Of a stretch of 64,000 nucleotides of DNA, positions 43,001 to 56,000 are shown in pieces. Below the pieces are notes generated by a model. That model ran no database searches. It worked only from the letters and a program-made list of their open reading frames with translations, and had not been told where the DNA came from. Position 1 is the stretch's first letter. Every line of letters begins with the position of its first letter. Source of the DNA: Azolla caroliniana (Eukaryota; Plantae; Polypodiophyta); contig JBHGNT010000004.1 of NCBI GenBank assembly GCA_043228905.1, positions 5,828,001 to 5,892,000 of the forward strand, read 5' to 3'. The position numbers and the translations under genes were made by a program.

Positions 43001-45213
43001 CTGCAAAGGTAGCTACCATCACCGACTACCCCCGCCCCACCTCAATAAAAACATTGCAACGTTTTTTGGGCATGATCACCTTTTCCCTTCGCTTCATCCC
43101 GAACCTCGCCTTGGTCACTTTCCCTCTCCGTCATCTCCTGAAGAAAGGTGTGTCATTCTTTTGAGATCCTGCTTGCGAAGACAACTTTCGTCGCCTCAAA
43201 ACAATGGTTCAGGAATCAAGGTTGCTCACCCATCCTAACTTTGACCAACCGTTTACGTTGCAAAAAAATGCCTCTAACCATGGGTTAGGAGCCATCCTCC
43301 TGCAAACCGATTGCCATGGGCAAGAGAAGGCGGTCGCCTTCATTACCTGAACTCTCACGCCGGTTGAACAGAACTACTCAACCACTGAGAAGGAACTACT
43401 TGCAATCGTCTAGTCTTTCCAGCGTCTTCACCCATACCTTCATGGCGGGCAGGTTACGGTTAAGACTAACCACCAACCCTTACTTTCTCTTATTCATCGA
43501 CCTCACCCCCGGGCCGCTTGTTGCAATGGACGTTGGCACTTCAAGATTATTAGTTTACCCTCTCCTATCAAAAAGGTGGAACCAATTTGGTCACTGATAG
43601 TCTCTCTCGCGCCGATTTCAAAGCTGTCCAATTTCTACCCGCGACGTCTGACCTTCCACTTCCACTACCACAACTCGCTACACTTCAGTAACATGACCCC
43701 GCCATCCGAGAGATAACCCATCAGTTGCGCTCCCTCCAACCATTTCCCTCACAACGATGGTTCATGCTCTGCGATAACTTGGTGTTCTTCATTCAGGTGC
43801 ATCACGAGCCGCGTCTCTACACCCCTCAAGCCCTACAACAGACGTATCTATCACGATCACCCATTGTCGGGTCATCTGGGTTTCCACAAGGTTCTTGAAA
43901 AATTACGTCTCAAGTATTATTGGCCCAACATGTGACACTCTGTCTCTACCTACATCAACCAATGTGCTTTGTGTCAACACATCAAACCCGCGAGCAAGTC
44001 TGCCGAAACGCTCCAACCCATCACTGTCACATCGCCTTTCGAGCTCGTCGGATGGGATTTCATGGGACCTTTTCCCGAAACCCCCAATGGCAACAAGTAT
44101 ATCCTGGTCATAACAGAATACCTCACCAGATGGGCTGAAACTGTTGTCATCCCTAACGTCATTGCACCAACAATCGCATCCCAACTTTTGCACAAGGTAA
44201 TTTTTCAGCGTGGTTGCCCTGTCCAACTCTTATCTGATCAGGGCCGCCAGTTCCATGGGGACGTCCTCAACGCGGTTGCAACTCAACTAGGTGTCTAGCT
44301 AGTGTTTACATCCCTGTACCATCCGCAAACAAACGACCTCACCGAACGCCTCAACAAGACCCTCAAGTAGGAGATTGCCATTTACATCGATCCATGACAC
44401 AAAACCTGGGATCAAATCTTGCCTTTCGTCACCCATGCCTACAATACATCCGTTCAAGCATCAACACGGATCAGCCCTTTTCGAGCACTCTATGGGCGTG
44501 ACCCTCGGCTCCCACCAGAATCGTCCATTGACGTCCATTCCAAACCCACCAACATGGATGGTGCCACTTGGGGGCTCTATCTCCAACAACTGCTACCTCT
44601 CCTTTGACAAGCAAGCTCTCGAAACCTACAAGTCGCACAACAACGCCAAAAGCGACACTACGACGTGGGTCGAATTACCCCGACTTATGATGATGGAACC
44701 AAAGTCCTTGTTTACTTCCTGGTCCGGCGACGAGGTCTCAGCGAATCACTCATGCACCGATGGATCGACCCATTCACCGTGGTTTGTGCAATCAAATCCA
44801 CGACTTACTTGCTCTGACGCGATTCCAATGGTCGATTCACCTCCGCCCATGTTGCCCGCATCAAGTGTTATGCTACCCCAAGCCCATCTTCTAGCGCTCC
44901 TCCTTTCCCCATGTCGTAAAACTCCTTGTTTCTCTCAGGGGGGAAATGTGGTGTCCCTTGGATACAAGTTCATGCATTCATGTTGGGTGTGCATGTGTTC
45001 CTTTGTGCCCCTTTTAGCATACCCTTGTTTAGCATGCATGCCTTCATGCTATGGTGTACATGTGTTCCGTTGAGCCACCCTTTTAGCATACCCTTGTTAG
45101 GACGCATGTAGATAAGTAAAGCTAACCCAAATGGGTACCTTTGTATGACTAAATTGAATAGGAAGTAAGAAGCTAAGCAAGCTGGTTTGGATTCCATTTA
45201 TGTGCATTTCACA
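40045..45213 (+). mobile_element. Ty3/gypsy element G, non-chromovirus, decayed
   Basis: LTRs 40045-40313 and 44947-45213; 4-bp TSD GTAT; PBS TGGTGGAGA at 40318; PPT AGGGGGGAAA; gag with CCHC, protease, RT, RNase H and integrase fragments. Confidence 0.93.
42016..42490 (+). mobile_element. Solo LTR (divergent relative of the C/D LTRs) nested in element G RT
   Basis: TGTCATGA...CGACA ends; perfect TSD TTATC; shared CTAGAACATTC repeats and GTTCAACACCAGTCTT motif. Confidence 0.9.
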
Positions 45214-45669
45214 GTATCGCGAAAATTTCTTTCATCTATTGGTACAATATCCATAATGTCAAGAACTACCTTTTTAGATCATGCTCATGTTATCATTCCA
45301 TATTGAATGAACGTTATCATGACTTATCAATTCTGAAGATTTCAAAATTTTTGTTGTTAGACAATAGCTTTTGATTGCAACTTGGTGAATTATGGTCTCA
45401 AAAAAATGTTTTAGGGAACTCAATGGCAATGAAGGTAGCTAGTGCCTTATGGGAAATCTCAAAAAAAATTGGGCGTAAATCTAAGGAAAGGTTTTGTATG
45501 CTTCAACAATTGGAGAAGTGGTGTCATACTTCTCTAGTTTCCTTACAATGGTTACGTGAACGTTATCCACAATGTGTTTGGATAGCTAAGCAACTTGGGG
45601 TAACAAAGCGAGAACTTGTTATACTTCTAGAAATGCGACCAGAATTCCATTATCATCGCATGGCATCTA

Positions 45670-48600
45670 TGTAAGGAATAGACCCTTCTATTCGCCTTCT
45701 CACTCAGCCACGACCGAGTAATCGCGAATCAATGGAGCAGAAAATAGGAACCACACGGAGAAACAAAACGCGAGTACACAAGGATTAACGTGGAAAACCC
45801 TATACGGGAAAAACCACGGGAGTGCGAGACTCCAAACCAAACTATGCACAGAGAAATATACAATGGCGAGCTGCAAGGCAACGACCTTGAGCTCGCTTTC
45901 TTCGCCACAGGCGGCGGTATTACACAGAGGCGTCGACCTCTTCCTCTCTCACGCTCTCTCTCTCTCTCACGGCTGCTCTCTCTTCACTCCTCTAAAGTGG
46001 AAAAAACAGAAAAATGAGAAGCAACATTAAAACTGTTTGCCCTAAGTCATATTTATACACATATGACTTTGGGGCTATTTACAACTGTGGCCTCAGGGGC
46101 CCATAGCGAACATATTCACGGATATGTCCCTGCATCCGGATCGCTCTCCGGGTACATTCGTCATCCGGCACCGAAGCCGGGGTCTTCGTCATCCGGATCC
46201 GAAACCGAAACCGGGCTTGTCGGCATTCATCTCCGACATCCGACCATCCCATTCGAAGGGACCGTAATCCCAACAAACTCCCCCTTCACTTCGGCATGGG
46301 ATGTCTTTCCAATCCGATCCTCTTCCGGCATGCTTCGAGCTTGTCGGGTGTGAGCACCTTGGTCAGCATATCCGACCCGTTCTCGTCCGTGTGGATCTTT
46401 GTCAGCACGAACTCCTTGTCTTCTATCCTTTCCCGGATCCAGTGATATCTTCGCTGGATGTGCTTCGTCCGGGAGTGATAGGCCGCGTTCTTCGCAAGGT
46501 GGATTGCACTCTGACTGTCGCAGTAGAGTCGGTACTCCTCCTGTCGGATACCGAGCTCTCTAATGAAGTCCTTCATCCATATTATTTCCTTGCCGGCTTC
46601 AACAGCTGCCATGTACTCCGCCTCCGTGGTTGACAACGCAACCGTCTTCTGCAGCCTCGACTGCCACGAAACGGCTCCCCCTGCATACGTCATCACATAC
46701 CCTGATGTGGACCGGCTGGTATCTGCATCAGCCGACATATCCGAATCGGTGAAGCCGTCGAGTTCGGGCTTACCAGAGCCGAATCGGAGGCACACGTTTG
46801 CCGTGCCTTTCAGGTATCGGAGTATCCACTTGGCCGCGTTCCAATGCTCTTTGCCGGGATTGCTCATGTACCGGCTCACCACTCCGACTGCATATCCTAT
46901 GTCCGGTCTCGTACACACCATGGCGTACATCAAGCTCCCGACGGCTGAGGCATACGGCACTTTCATCATATCCTCCTTTTCAGCCTTTGTCTTGGGACTT
47001 TGCTTGCTGGACAGCTTGCAGTTTGCCGGGAGAGTCGATCCGACCGGTCTTGCTTCCGACATGTTGAACCGGTGAAGCACCTTCGTCACGTACTTCTCCT
47101 GTGACAGCCACAACTGCTTCTTCTTCCGGTCCCGGATGATGTGCATCCCTAGTATTTGCCTCGCCGGACCCAGGTCCTTCATTGAGAAGGTTCGGTGAAG
47201 AGCCTTCTTCAGCATCCGTATCTTGACCTGGTCCCGTCCGACGATCAACATGTCGTCCACGTACAGGAGGAGTATTAGAAAGTCTCCTCCTTCGAACTTC
47301 TTCACAAACACGCAGTGGTCGGACTGCGTTTTGAGGTACCCTTCGTCGGTCATGAAGGAGTCGAACTTCCGGTACCATTGCCGGGGGGCCTGCTTCAGTC
47401 CGTAAAGGCTCTTCTTCAACCGGCATACCAGGTGCTCCTTCCCTTTCTTCTCGAATCCTTCCGGTTGCTGCATGTAGATCTCTTCATCGAGGTCACCGTG
47501 AAGGAATGCCGTCTTCACGTCCATCTGTTCTACCTCGAGGTCCATGCTTGCCGCTATGCTCAGCACCGTCCGGATGGAGGTCATCTTCACTACCGGGGCA
47601 AATATCTCGTCGAAGTCGACGCCCTTCTTCTGCTGAAACCCCTTCACCACGATCCTGGCTTTGTATCTCGGGGGTTTTCCGGCATCTCCCGGTTTCAGCT
47701 TGAACACCCACTTGTTTCGAAGTGCCCGCTTTCCTTTCGGCAACTCCACAAGTTCATATGTGTGGTTCTCATGCAGGGAATCCATCTCGTCCTGCATGGC
47801 ACTCAACCACCTGCGGCTCTGGGTGTCATGCTTCGCTTCCTCAAAGCTCTCCGGCTCCCCCTCGTCGGTTAGCAACACGTGCTCTGGTTCCGGAAATCTC
47901 CAGGGGGCCCTTCTCTCTCTTTGAGGGTATCTCCGTTTCGGAGCTTCGGTAACCGGTTCTTCCGATTCTTCTTCTTCATCCGAATCCATTTCGGGATCGG
48001 GGCCGGTTCCGGTATCATTTCCATCTTCTTCGGCCGGTTCTGTTTCTTCACCGTCTTCGGCCGGATCTTCGAGTGTTAACCGGTCCCTTGCCGGTCGGGA
48101 CTGCTCCTCGTAGAGTTTATCCTCACCGGTCGACTTGGAGCTCTTCATCTTCTTCTCCGACTCCCAGTCGGCGAGTGTCTTGTTCTCCATGAAGATGATA
48201 TCACGACTCCTGAATATCTTCTTGTCGACCGGGTCCCATACTCGGTAGCCGAACTCGTCGTCGCCGTAACCGAGGAATATGCATGGCCGGGTCTTCGGAT
48301 CTAGCTTTCCTCTCCGGTCCTTCGCCACGTGCACGTATGCGAGACACCCGAACACCTTCAGATGCCGGTAGGATACTTCCCTACCGGTCCACACTCTCTG
48401 CGGTGTGTCTCCGTCCAAAGGTACTGAGGGTGATCGGTTTATCACATATGTCGCCGTCGACATTGCCTCAGCCCAAAACCCCTTGGGTAATTTCGCATGC
48501 GCCAGCATACTCCGAACCCTCTCCATTATGGTCCGGTTCATCCTCTCGGCCAGCCCGTTCAGTTCCGGCGTCTTCGGCACAGTAAACTCGAGTCGGATTC

Positions 48601-50997
48601 CCTTCGAGCGACAGTACTCCTGGAACTGCCCCCGGTATTCCCCTCCGTTATCCGCTCGTATCGCTTTCAGCTTCTTGCCGGATTCCCTTTCCACTCTCGC
48701 GTGAAGTTCTTTGAAGACGCACAACACTTGGTCCTTTGTCTTCAACGGTGCCGTCCACAGCTTCCGGCTGTGGTCATCAATGAATGTCACGAAGTACTGG
48801 GCTCCGCCATGTGACTTCGTTTCTACTTGACACACATCAGTGTGCACCAACTCCAATGGTGCGCTACGTCTCGTCGGTGGCCTTGAATGGAAGGAGGTTC
48901 GGTTCTGCTTACCGGCCAGGCAATCGGTGCACTTCTCCAGGTGCACATGCTTCACTGGAATAAGGTTGTCTTCTGCAAGCCTCTTCATCCCCTTCTCACT
49001 CATGTGGCACAGTCTTTTGTGCCACAGCTCACCGGCAGTGTCGGCTGCCATATTCAGCTCTTCCGGACATAACCGGGCATTCATCAGGTACAGTGTGTTG
49101 TCTTTCCGGGCCCGAGCCACTATCAGGCTCCCCTTGCTGAACTTCATTACGCCGTTCCGGATGCTACCTGTGTAGCCTTCATCGTCTAGCCTCCCGGCCG
49201 AAATCAGGTTCAATCGAACCTCCGGAACGTGTCGGACATCCTTCAGCAGCATTTTGCATCCGGTCGGGGTTGTCAACCACACGTCTCCTATGCCGGCAAT
49301 CCGGCACGTACCTTCATTTCCCATCCGAACACAGCCATGCTCGCCGGCTGTGTAGGATGAGAAGTATCTTCTCTCCGGGGTCAGGTGGAACGATGCTCCG
49401 GAATCGACCACCCAGGTCGTCTCATCGCCGGCAATGTTTAGTTCACCTTCTTCGGTGATGAGCATGATTTCTTCCTCACTTGCCGCGAGTGCCGTTGTTC
49501 CTTTCCGGTCCTGCCCTCGCCGATCCGAACCATTCCGGTCCGTGGCTCCTCGGTATGCACCGTTTCTCTCCGGTGACTTCTTTGAATCGGTGTTGTCGGT
49601 TCCATTGTCTTTTCGGTAATGCCGACAATTCTTTCGGAAGTGCCCCGGCTTCCCACAGTGGAAGCATGTGGGCCTTCCTCTTGACTGCGACCGGGTCCCC
49701 GACTTCTCCCGTCTTTGCGGACTCCGGTTCCATTGTCTTCCCCGATCCGATTCGGTAAACAACATCTTCGGGTCGGAGGCCGGTTCTTTATCTCTCCGAC
49801 GCGCTTCTTCATTCAAAATACTTGTCTTTACCGTTTGTAAGGACAAGTTATCTTCAGTGCAGGAGGTGCTGAGAGTCACCACCAAGTTCTCCCAGCTTTC
49901 TGGCAATGTACACATCAGGATGATGGCTTGCATTGCATCCTCCAACGAGAACTTAATCGCCGCAAGCTGGTTCACGAATCCCATGAACGTGCTTACGTGT
50001 TCAACCATACTCTCGCCGTCCCGATACTTGAGGTTCACTATCTTCCTCATCAGGGAGGTCCGGTTCAACGCATTCTTCCTCTCGTAGAGGCCCGACAGCT
50101 TCTTCCACATCTCATATGCGTTGGTGTCGTTCGCCACATGTTGTAGGACGCTTACATCGACATATTGTCGGATCGTCGCTACGGCTTTCCGGTTCAGGAG
50201 CTTCCACTCCGACTCAAGTACCCCCTTCGGTATTTCCGACCTGTCAATCGGTTCGTACAGGTCCCGAACAATCAGAAGATCCTCCATCTTGATCTTCCAG
50301 TCGGCGTAATTCTGTGCATTCAGCACCATCATCCCCGGCTGCCCGCTGCCGCCGCCTTCCATTTTCTGCAACAGTCGCTCTGATACCAGTTTGTAAGGAA
50401 TAGACCCTTCTATTCGCCTTCTCACTCAGCCACGACCGAGTAATCGCGAATCAATGGAGCAGAAAATAGGAACCACACGGAGAAACAAAACGCGAGTACA
50501 CAAGGATTAACGTGGAAAACCCTATACGGGAAAAACCACGGGAGTGCGAGACTCCAAACCAAACTATGCACAGAGAAATATACAATGGCGAGCTGCAAGG
50601 CAACGACCTTGAGCTCGCTTTCTTCGCCACAGGCGGCGGTATTACACAGAGGCGTCGACCTCTTCCTCTCTCACGCTCTCTCTCTCTCTCACGGCTGCTC
50701 TCTCTTCACTCCTCTAAAGTGGAAAAAACAGAAAAATGAGAAGCAACATTAAAACTGTTTGCCCTAAGTCATATTTATACACATATGACTTTGGGGCTAT
50801 TTACAACTGTGGCCTCAGGGGCCCATAGCGAACATATTCACGGATATGTCCCTGCATCCGGATCGCTCTCCGGGTACATTCGTCATCCGGCACCGAAGCC
50901 GGGGTCTTCGTCATCCGGATCCGAAACCGAAACCGGGCTTGTCGGCATTCATCTCCGACATCCGACCATCCCATTCGAAGGGACCGTAATCCCAACA
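45670..50997 (-). mobile_element. Intact Ty1/copia element H (Tork/Tnt1-like)
   Basis: 606-bp LTRs 45670-46275 and 50392-50997 with no difference seen by eye; TSD ATCTA; iMet PBS 50377-50388; PPT adjacent to 46276. Confidence 0.98.
46286..50362 (-). CDS. Copia H gag-pol polyprotein, uninterrupted (1358 aa from the first ATG after the PBS)
   Basis: CFHCGKPGHFRKNC, VDSGAS, HHCC and DDE integrase, LYVDD, SDMLTK. Confidence 0.97.
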   Translation of the reverse strand: MEGGGSGQPGMMVLNAQNYADWKIKMEDLLIVRDLYEPIDRSEIPKGVLESEWKLLNRKAVATIRQYVDVSVLQHVANDTNAYEMWKKLSGLYERKNALNRTSLMRKIVNLKYRDGESMVEHVSTFMGFVNQLAAIKFSLEDAMQAIILMCTLPESWENLVVTLSTSCTEDNLSLQTVKTSILNEEARRRDKEPASDPKMLFTESDRGRQWNRSPQRREKSGTRSQSRGRPTCFHCGKPGHFRKNCRHYRKDNGTDNTDSKKSPERNGAYRGATDRNGSDRRGQDRKGTTALAASEEEIMLITEEGELNIAGDETTWVVDSGASFHLTPERRYFSSYTAGEHGCVRMGNEGTCRIAGIGDVWLTTPTGCKMLLKDVRHVPEVRLNLISAGRLDDEGYTGSIRNGVMKFSKGSLIVARARKDNTLYLMNARLCPEELNMAADTAGELWHKRLCHMSEKGMKRLAEDNLIPVKHVHLEKCTDCLAGKQNRTSFHSRPPTRRSAPLELVHTDVCQVETKSHGGAQYFVTFIDDHSRKLWTAPLKTKDQVLCVFKELHARVERESGKKLKAIRADNGGEYRGQFQEYCRSKGIRLEFTVPKTPELNGLAERMNRTIMERVRSMLAHAKLPKGFWAEAMSTATYVINRSPSVPLDGDTPQRVWTGREVSYRHLKVFGCLAYVHVAKDRRGKLDPKTRPCIFLGYGDDEFGYRVWDPVDKKIFRSRDIIFMENKTLADWESEKKMKSSKSTGEDKLYEEQSRPARDRLTLEDPAEDGEETEPAEEDGNDTGTGPDPEMDSDEEEESEEPVTEAPKRRYPQRERRAPWRFPEPEHVLLTDEGEPESFEEAKHDTQSRRWLSAMQDEMDSLHENHTYELVELPKGKRALRNKWVFKLKPGDAGKPPRYKARIVVKGFQQKKGVDFDEIFAPVVKMTSIRTVLSIAASMDLEVEQMDVKTAFLHGDLDEEIYMQQPEGFEKKGKEHLVCRLKKSLYGLKQAPRQWYRKFDSFMTDEGYLKTQSDHCVFVKKFEGGDFLILLLYVDDMLIVGRDQVKIRMLKKALHRTFSMKDLGPARQILGMHIIRDRKKKQLWLSQEKYVTKVLHRFNMSEARPVGSTLPANCKLSSKQSPKTKAEKEDMMKVPYASAVGSLMYAMVCTRPDIGYAVGVVSRYMSNPGKEHWNAAKWILRYLKGTANVCLRFGSGKPELDGFTDSDMSADADTSRSTSGYVMTYAGGAVSWQSRLQKTVALSTTEAEYMAAVEAGKEIIWMKDFIRELGIRQEEYRLYCDSQSAIHLAKNAAYHSRTKHIQRRYHWIRERIEDKEFVLTKIHTDENGSDMLTKVLTPDKLEACRKRIGLERHPMPK

Positions 50998-53006
50998 ATC
51001 TAAGTGAACCCAAATGGGAGATAAAGGAACAACATAATTTTTCATGTTACGAGAACCCATCATAATGTTGTATCAATCGAACAACTACAACATGAGAATG
51101 GTACCATCATGTCAGACCCACATGTCATGAGAGCGATAGTCATGCACTACTATTCCAATTTACTATCATTGAAGACCTTTTTCACTAAAGATTTAACATT
51201 TCAATCCCATGTTTGGAATATGTTGGAACAAAAAATAACATCATACATGAATGCTCAACTTCAAGAAGTATTTTCTTATGACAAAATGAGTGAAGCACGT
51301 CAAGCTTTGCTTAAACATAGATGCCCATGTATGGATGGTTTAACCCCAACATTCTTCCTTATTGGGACTTGTTCAAGGGAGATTTATGTACAACCTTCCA
51401 ATGAATTCTTTCTAGTGATGGTTGTATGCCTCAACATTTAAAGAAAGACTAATTTACCTTATGCCTAAGTCAGAGGCTCCCTTCACTTGACATCAAGAAA
51501 TGGTGCCCTATTACAATACTCAACACGGTTAATAAAATCTTGGCTAAAGCAATTGGTATATGCTTTCGAACTATATTGCATATAGTTATCCACTCAGTCC
51601 AAACAAGTTTCATTCAAGAATGAAGTACATCGAATAATGGGATTTGTTACACTAGCATCCAGATCTAAATAAAAGTTGGCAATTGGTATGCTAGATTTTT
51701 AGAAAGCTTATGACCTTGCTATTTGGGACTTTTTGCAAGGTGCATTAGCTAGGTCAAGAATGGATTATTACAAGCATTTCCTCCTTGTATAGCTCAACTC
51801 AAAGCCAAGTTTTATTGGCTAGAAATTATAACTCTCTTTTTATTATTACACAGTCAATTAGACAAGGTTGCCTTTGGCTCCTTTCTTATTTCTGTTTTTT
51901 GCTTAGGTAATGATTTTCTTTTTGAATGCTAGTAACATTGGTTTACATGGACGACATATCCCATTCTCAAATGCAAAATTAAGGGAAGCTGAATTTGCAG
52001 ATAAAACCGCCTTATATTTACATGGTGATTTGGATAACCTCCATAAAACTGAAATGGCCCTAGGTACATTCTATAAGGCTTCTGGGGTATTGTTAATTGG
52101 AACAAATACATGGCATTTTGGGTTGGGGATGAAGACCCTACATTATGGAATCTGCATCCACAAATTTGTTGGATCCTACGAGTTACCCCAGTTCAGTATA
52201 TAGGATGTACAATAGGTATTGATTCATCAACAAAAATCAAGTGGCACCTGCACCCCTCTTACTAACATTAAGGAAAAAGTTATTATTATGGAGTTCAGCC
52301 AAGTTGTCTTTTGTAGGATGCATCATAGTTGCCAACCAAGTATTATTGTCAACAACATGGTATGTTTTGTCTTGTTGGATCTTTTTCCAAGTCACGCATC
52401 TAGTTTGCTTCATAATTGCCAACCAACCTTGTGTCCTTCATTCAACAAAAGTTTCACCCACACCCTTCTCTATGAAAGAAGGCCAAAGCTCTGTATTTTG
52501 AACCAAAGATTCCCTAGTTGGACGATTATTTGAATACAAAGGTCTTGTGGCTCCATTTGGCTTTCAACAAGTTCAAGTCTCTAGAAGGCGGCAATACATA
52601 GATTGATTCGAAATTTCTAGTGGTCTAAAAAAGTTGAGGGTCATGCTTGGTCTAAAGTTAAATATGGTCATTACCTTACCTCGTTCTGAAGGAGGACTAG
52701 GTATTATTGGTCTAGTAGACTAGTTTAGAGCATTGTTAACTAAATTGATTATTAGAGTATTTACTCCTGGCTAGAGTAATTATTGGTCGATCATTGTTTG
52801 GAATGCTTTCCTTGCTTAGGTGCTCCCTAGTCGATCGATGTAAACGGGATATTTAGGGGAAAATCGGAATACCTTCATCTTATGGATGGGATGACAAATT
52901 TATTTGAGCTATTTTTCCAGCATGGAAACAAGTTCTTACGTAGCTTGTTCCACAATAAACCCAAACCTACTCTTTATGATGAGTATTTAAGACAAATGTT
53001 ATTATG

Positions 53007-56000
53007 TGAAAAGAATGGCGTGCGGAAGCAATATAGGAAACCGAACAATAGAAAACGCAGGTTTAATGGAAAGCTTAAGTTTGCATAGTACGCACGGGAG
53101 AGACAGAGAGAGAGTAAAAACCATAAGTATGTTCAAAAAATAATACTCGATCTGTACATACATCGTGCTCAGTGAGCACCTTTTATACAAGCCCTAACAA
53201 TCGTGCTCAGTGACACAAGTACTGACAGTACTTGATTGCTCATAAATGAGCCTCGACACTCACTCCCAAAATTATTCTTTTACGAGGAATATCTCTCTAA
53301 CGGCCTTTCGGTTTATGCACCGATACTATTAGAGATTAGGTACTAAAGTAAGCATAAAATAAGGATATATCAATGATAGATCTAGAAAGAATAGAGAGAA
53401 AAGAGAGAAAGAAGGGTGCCGATCCACCCGACCACCCCCGAGCGAAGGGATCGAGACGGACTCGAGCCTCGATCGGCGTCCCATACCACCGCCTTGGCGT
53501 CGAGTCGTACCTGGACGATAGCGCGCTTGCTACAAGAGTCGTTCCACTCACGGACAGAGTCTCGACGTAGTCAATGCATGCCCCAATGAGGGTAGCTAGG
53601 CCTCTTATTTATAGTAATTCTCAAGGCCCCCAGCCATGTTCACACTTGGCCTCATGGGTTGTCTCAATCCCGAGGATTAAAAGTAATCCTCCCCTTCTTT
53701 AGACTCTTTGTTTAACCCTCACACTTATCCACGTGTATAGAATACTACGACAATTCTCACCACGGGATATTATATGGTCATGCCCGTAACAGATACGGCC
53801 TCTCATTACGCACCGGTTTGCGTACCGGTTTACGTACCGGTTTACGCATCCGTTTTACGCACTGGTCCGGCCTAACCGATCGGTCCCAACCGATCCGGTC
53901 CCCGGCTTGCTCAACCAATCCAACCGATGTTGAGCTTGTCTCTCAACACTCCCCCTCAAGCTCAACTTGAGGCTCTTCGGGATCTTCCGGATCACCGCTC
54001 ATGTTCCTCCTGGCTCCACGCTTCGCTCGCCCTCCTCGGCTTGTTCGACTCCACGCGCTTCGACCCTTCCGGTCGGCTTGTCTGCTCCCACGACCCTTCA
54101 TAGCTCCCTTGTTGTCGTGGTGTTGGCGCTTCTCCTATTGCCTTCTTATCCGCTTGGCCCTCGGTTGATTCAGTGTATCTGAATCAAACATCCGAACCGA
54201 CTCGGCTACCTCCGATCGGTTTTCGCTCTCGTCCGAGTTGGTTGTCTCCAACTCGTCTTCGGTCTTCTTGCCCTTGACGGCGTCATCTCCCCCATGCTTG
54301 GTTGACTTCGGCTCTTCCTTTCGGCTGCTCCCTTTATGTCCGCTTCAGGATTCTTCCGCGGATCCGCCCTCGGCTTCTTCAGCCGATCCGAAGTCAAATT
54401 CGTCATCTGACTCGGCGTCGTGATCTTCTCTGCTCCTTTCTTGCTTCCTTCCATGGTCATTCAAAACATCTCTCCCCCTCAAGTTTGGCATGTCGAGGTG
54501 ACGCAACCCAAGCGCACCCGAGAATTGTCACAACTTGTCTAGTCCAAGAGGCTTGGTGAAGATGTCGGCGGTCTGCCGATCCATCGGAACATGTTGAAGT
54601 TCAACTTTACCAAAAAGGACATGCTCACGGACGAAATGGTAGTGCACCTCAATGTGCTTGGTCCGTGCGTGGAAGATGGGGTTCTTCGTAAGCTGGATGC
54701 TGCTGAGGTTGTCACAGTAGATCATCGTTGGATCAGACACCTCTACTTGCAGATCCTTAAGTAGCCACTGCAACCATATGGCTTCGCATGTCGCGACAAC
54801 TGCTCCTCAGTACTCGGCTTCGGTGCTCGACAGTGCAACTGTCGACTGCTTCTTACTGCTCCACGCTACCGCAGCACTCCCAAGAGAGAACGCGTATCCG
54901 GACCTGGATCGGCGATCGGTAGCGTTGCCGGCCCAATCAACATCGGTGTAGCCGACCAACTGCGAGATTGTACCAGTCCGATATAGCAGTCCCCGGTCCT
55001 TAGTGCCGCTTACGTATCGCAATACGCATTACACACATTGAAGGTGCTCCTCAGTAGGTCGCGCCATGAACTGACTGATCACCCCGACCGGATAACTGAG
55101 ATCGGGCCGGGTGATTGTCAAGTAGATAAGGCTTCCGACAATTTGTCGGAACCTCGTCGGGTCACATACCTTGTCGGAATTAGGGCGAAGCTTGACGGTT
55201 CTATCTAGAGGAGTCGAGACGGACTTACAATCGGCCATCCCGAATTTGAAGAGCATATTCAACGTGTAATGACGTTGGCTGATCAGTATGCCTTCGGATG
55301 TGCGGATCACTTCGACCCCGAGGAAGTAATGAAGGTCTCCCAGATCCTTCATGTCGAATGATGCCGCAAGCTGGAGCTTCACGCGATTGATTTCACTTAG
55401 GTCGGCGCCGGTGATGACCAAGTCATCAACATAAAGTAGAATACTAATCGGCCCGAGTCGACCTTTCCGGATGAATAGTGATGAGTTCGATTTCGACGTC
55501 ACAAAGCCCATCCGACGCAGTTGTTACGTGATCTTCCTGTTCCAAGCACGCGGAGCTTGCTTTAGTCCGTAAAGGGACTTCTTCAATCGGCACACCGCCG
55601 AAGTGTTCATTCCGAAGTGAAATCCGGGGGGTTGTACTATGTACACCTGTTCTTCAAGCTCACCTTGCAAGAACGCATTCTTTACATCCATCTGATGTAA
55701 GTGCCACACCTTTCCCGCATCTACCACAAGCAAAACACGAGCGGTCGTCATCTTCGCAACCGGCGCAAACGTCTCATTGTAGTCGATGCCGTGTTTCTGG
55801 AGGAGCCTTTTGCCACTAACAGACCTTGTATCGGTTGACCGAGCCATCGGTGTTGTACTTGACCTTGTACACCCACCTACATCCGATCGGCTTCACACCC
55901 TTCGGTGTGTCAACCAGGTCCCAGGTCGCGTTTTCCACCAATGCGTGCATCTCTTCCTCCATCGCGGCGCGCCAATTCGCGTCCTTAGCCGTTTCTGCGT

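Noticed and set aside
51109-52533. Host gene exons in the AT-rich interval
   Set aside because: Fragments carry L1 reverse transcriptase motifs with many stops.
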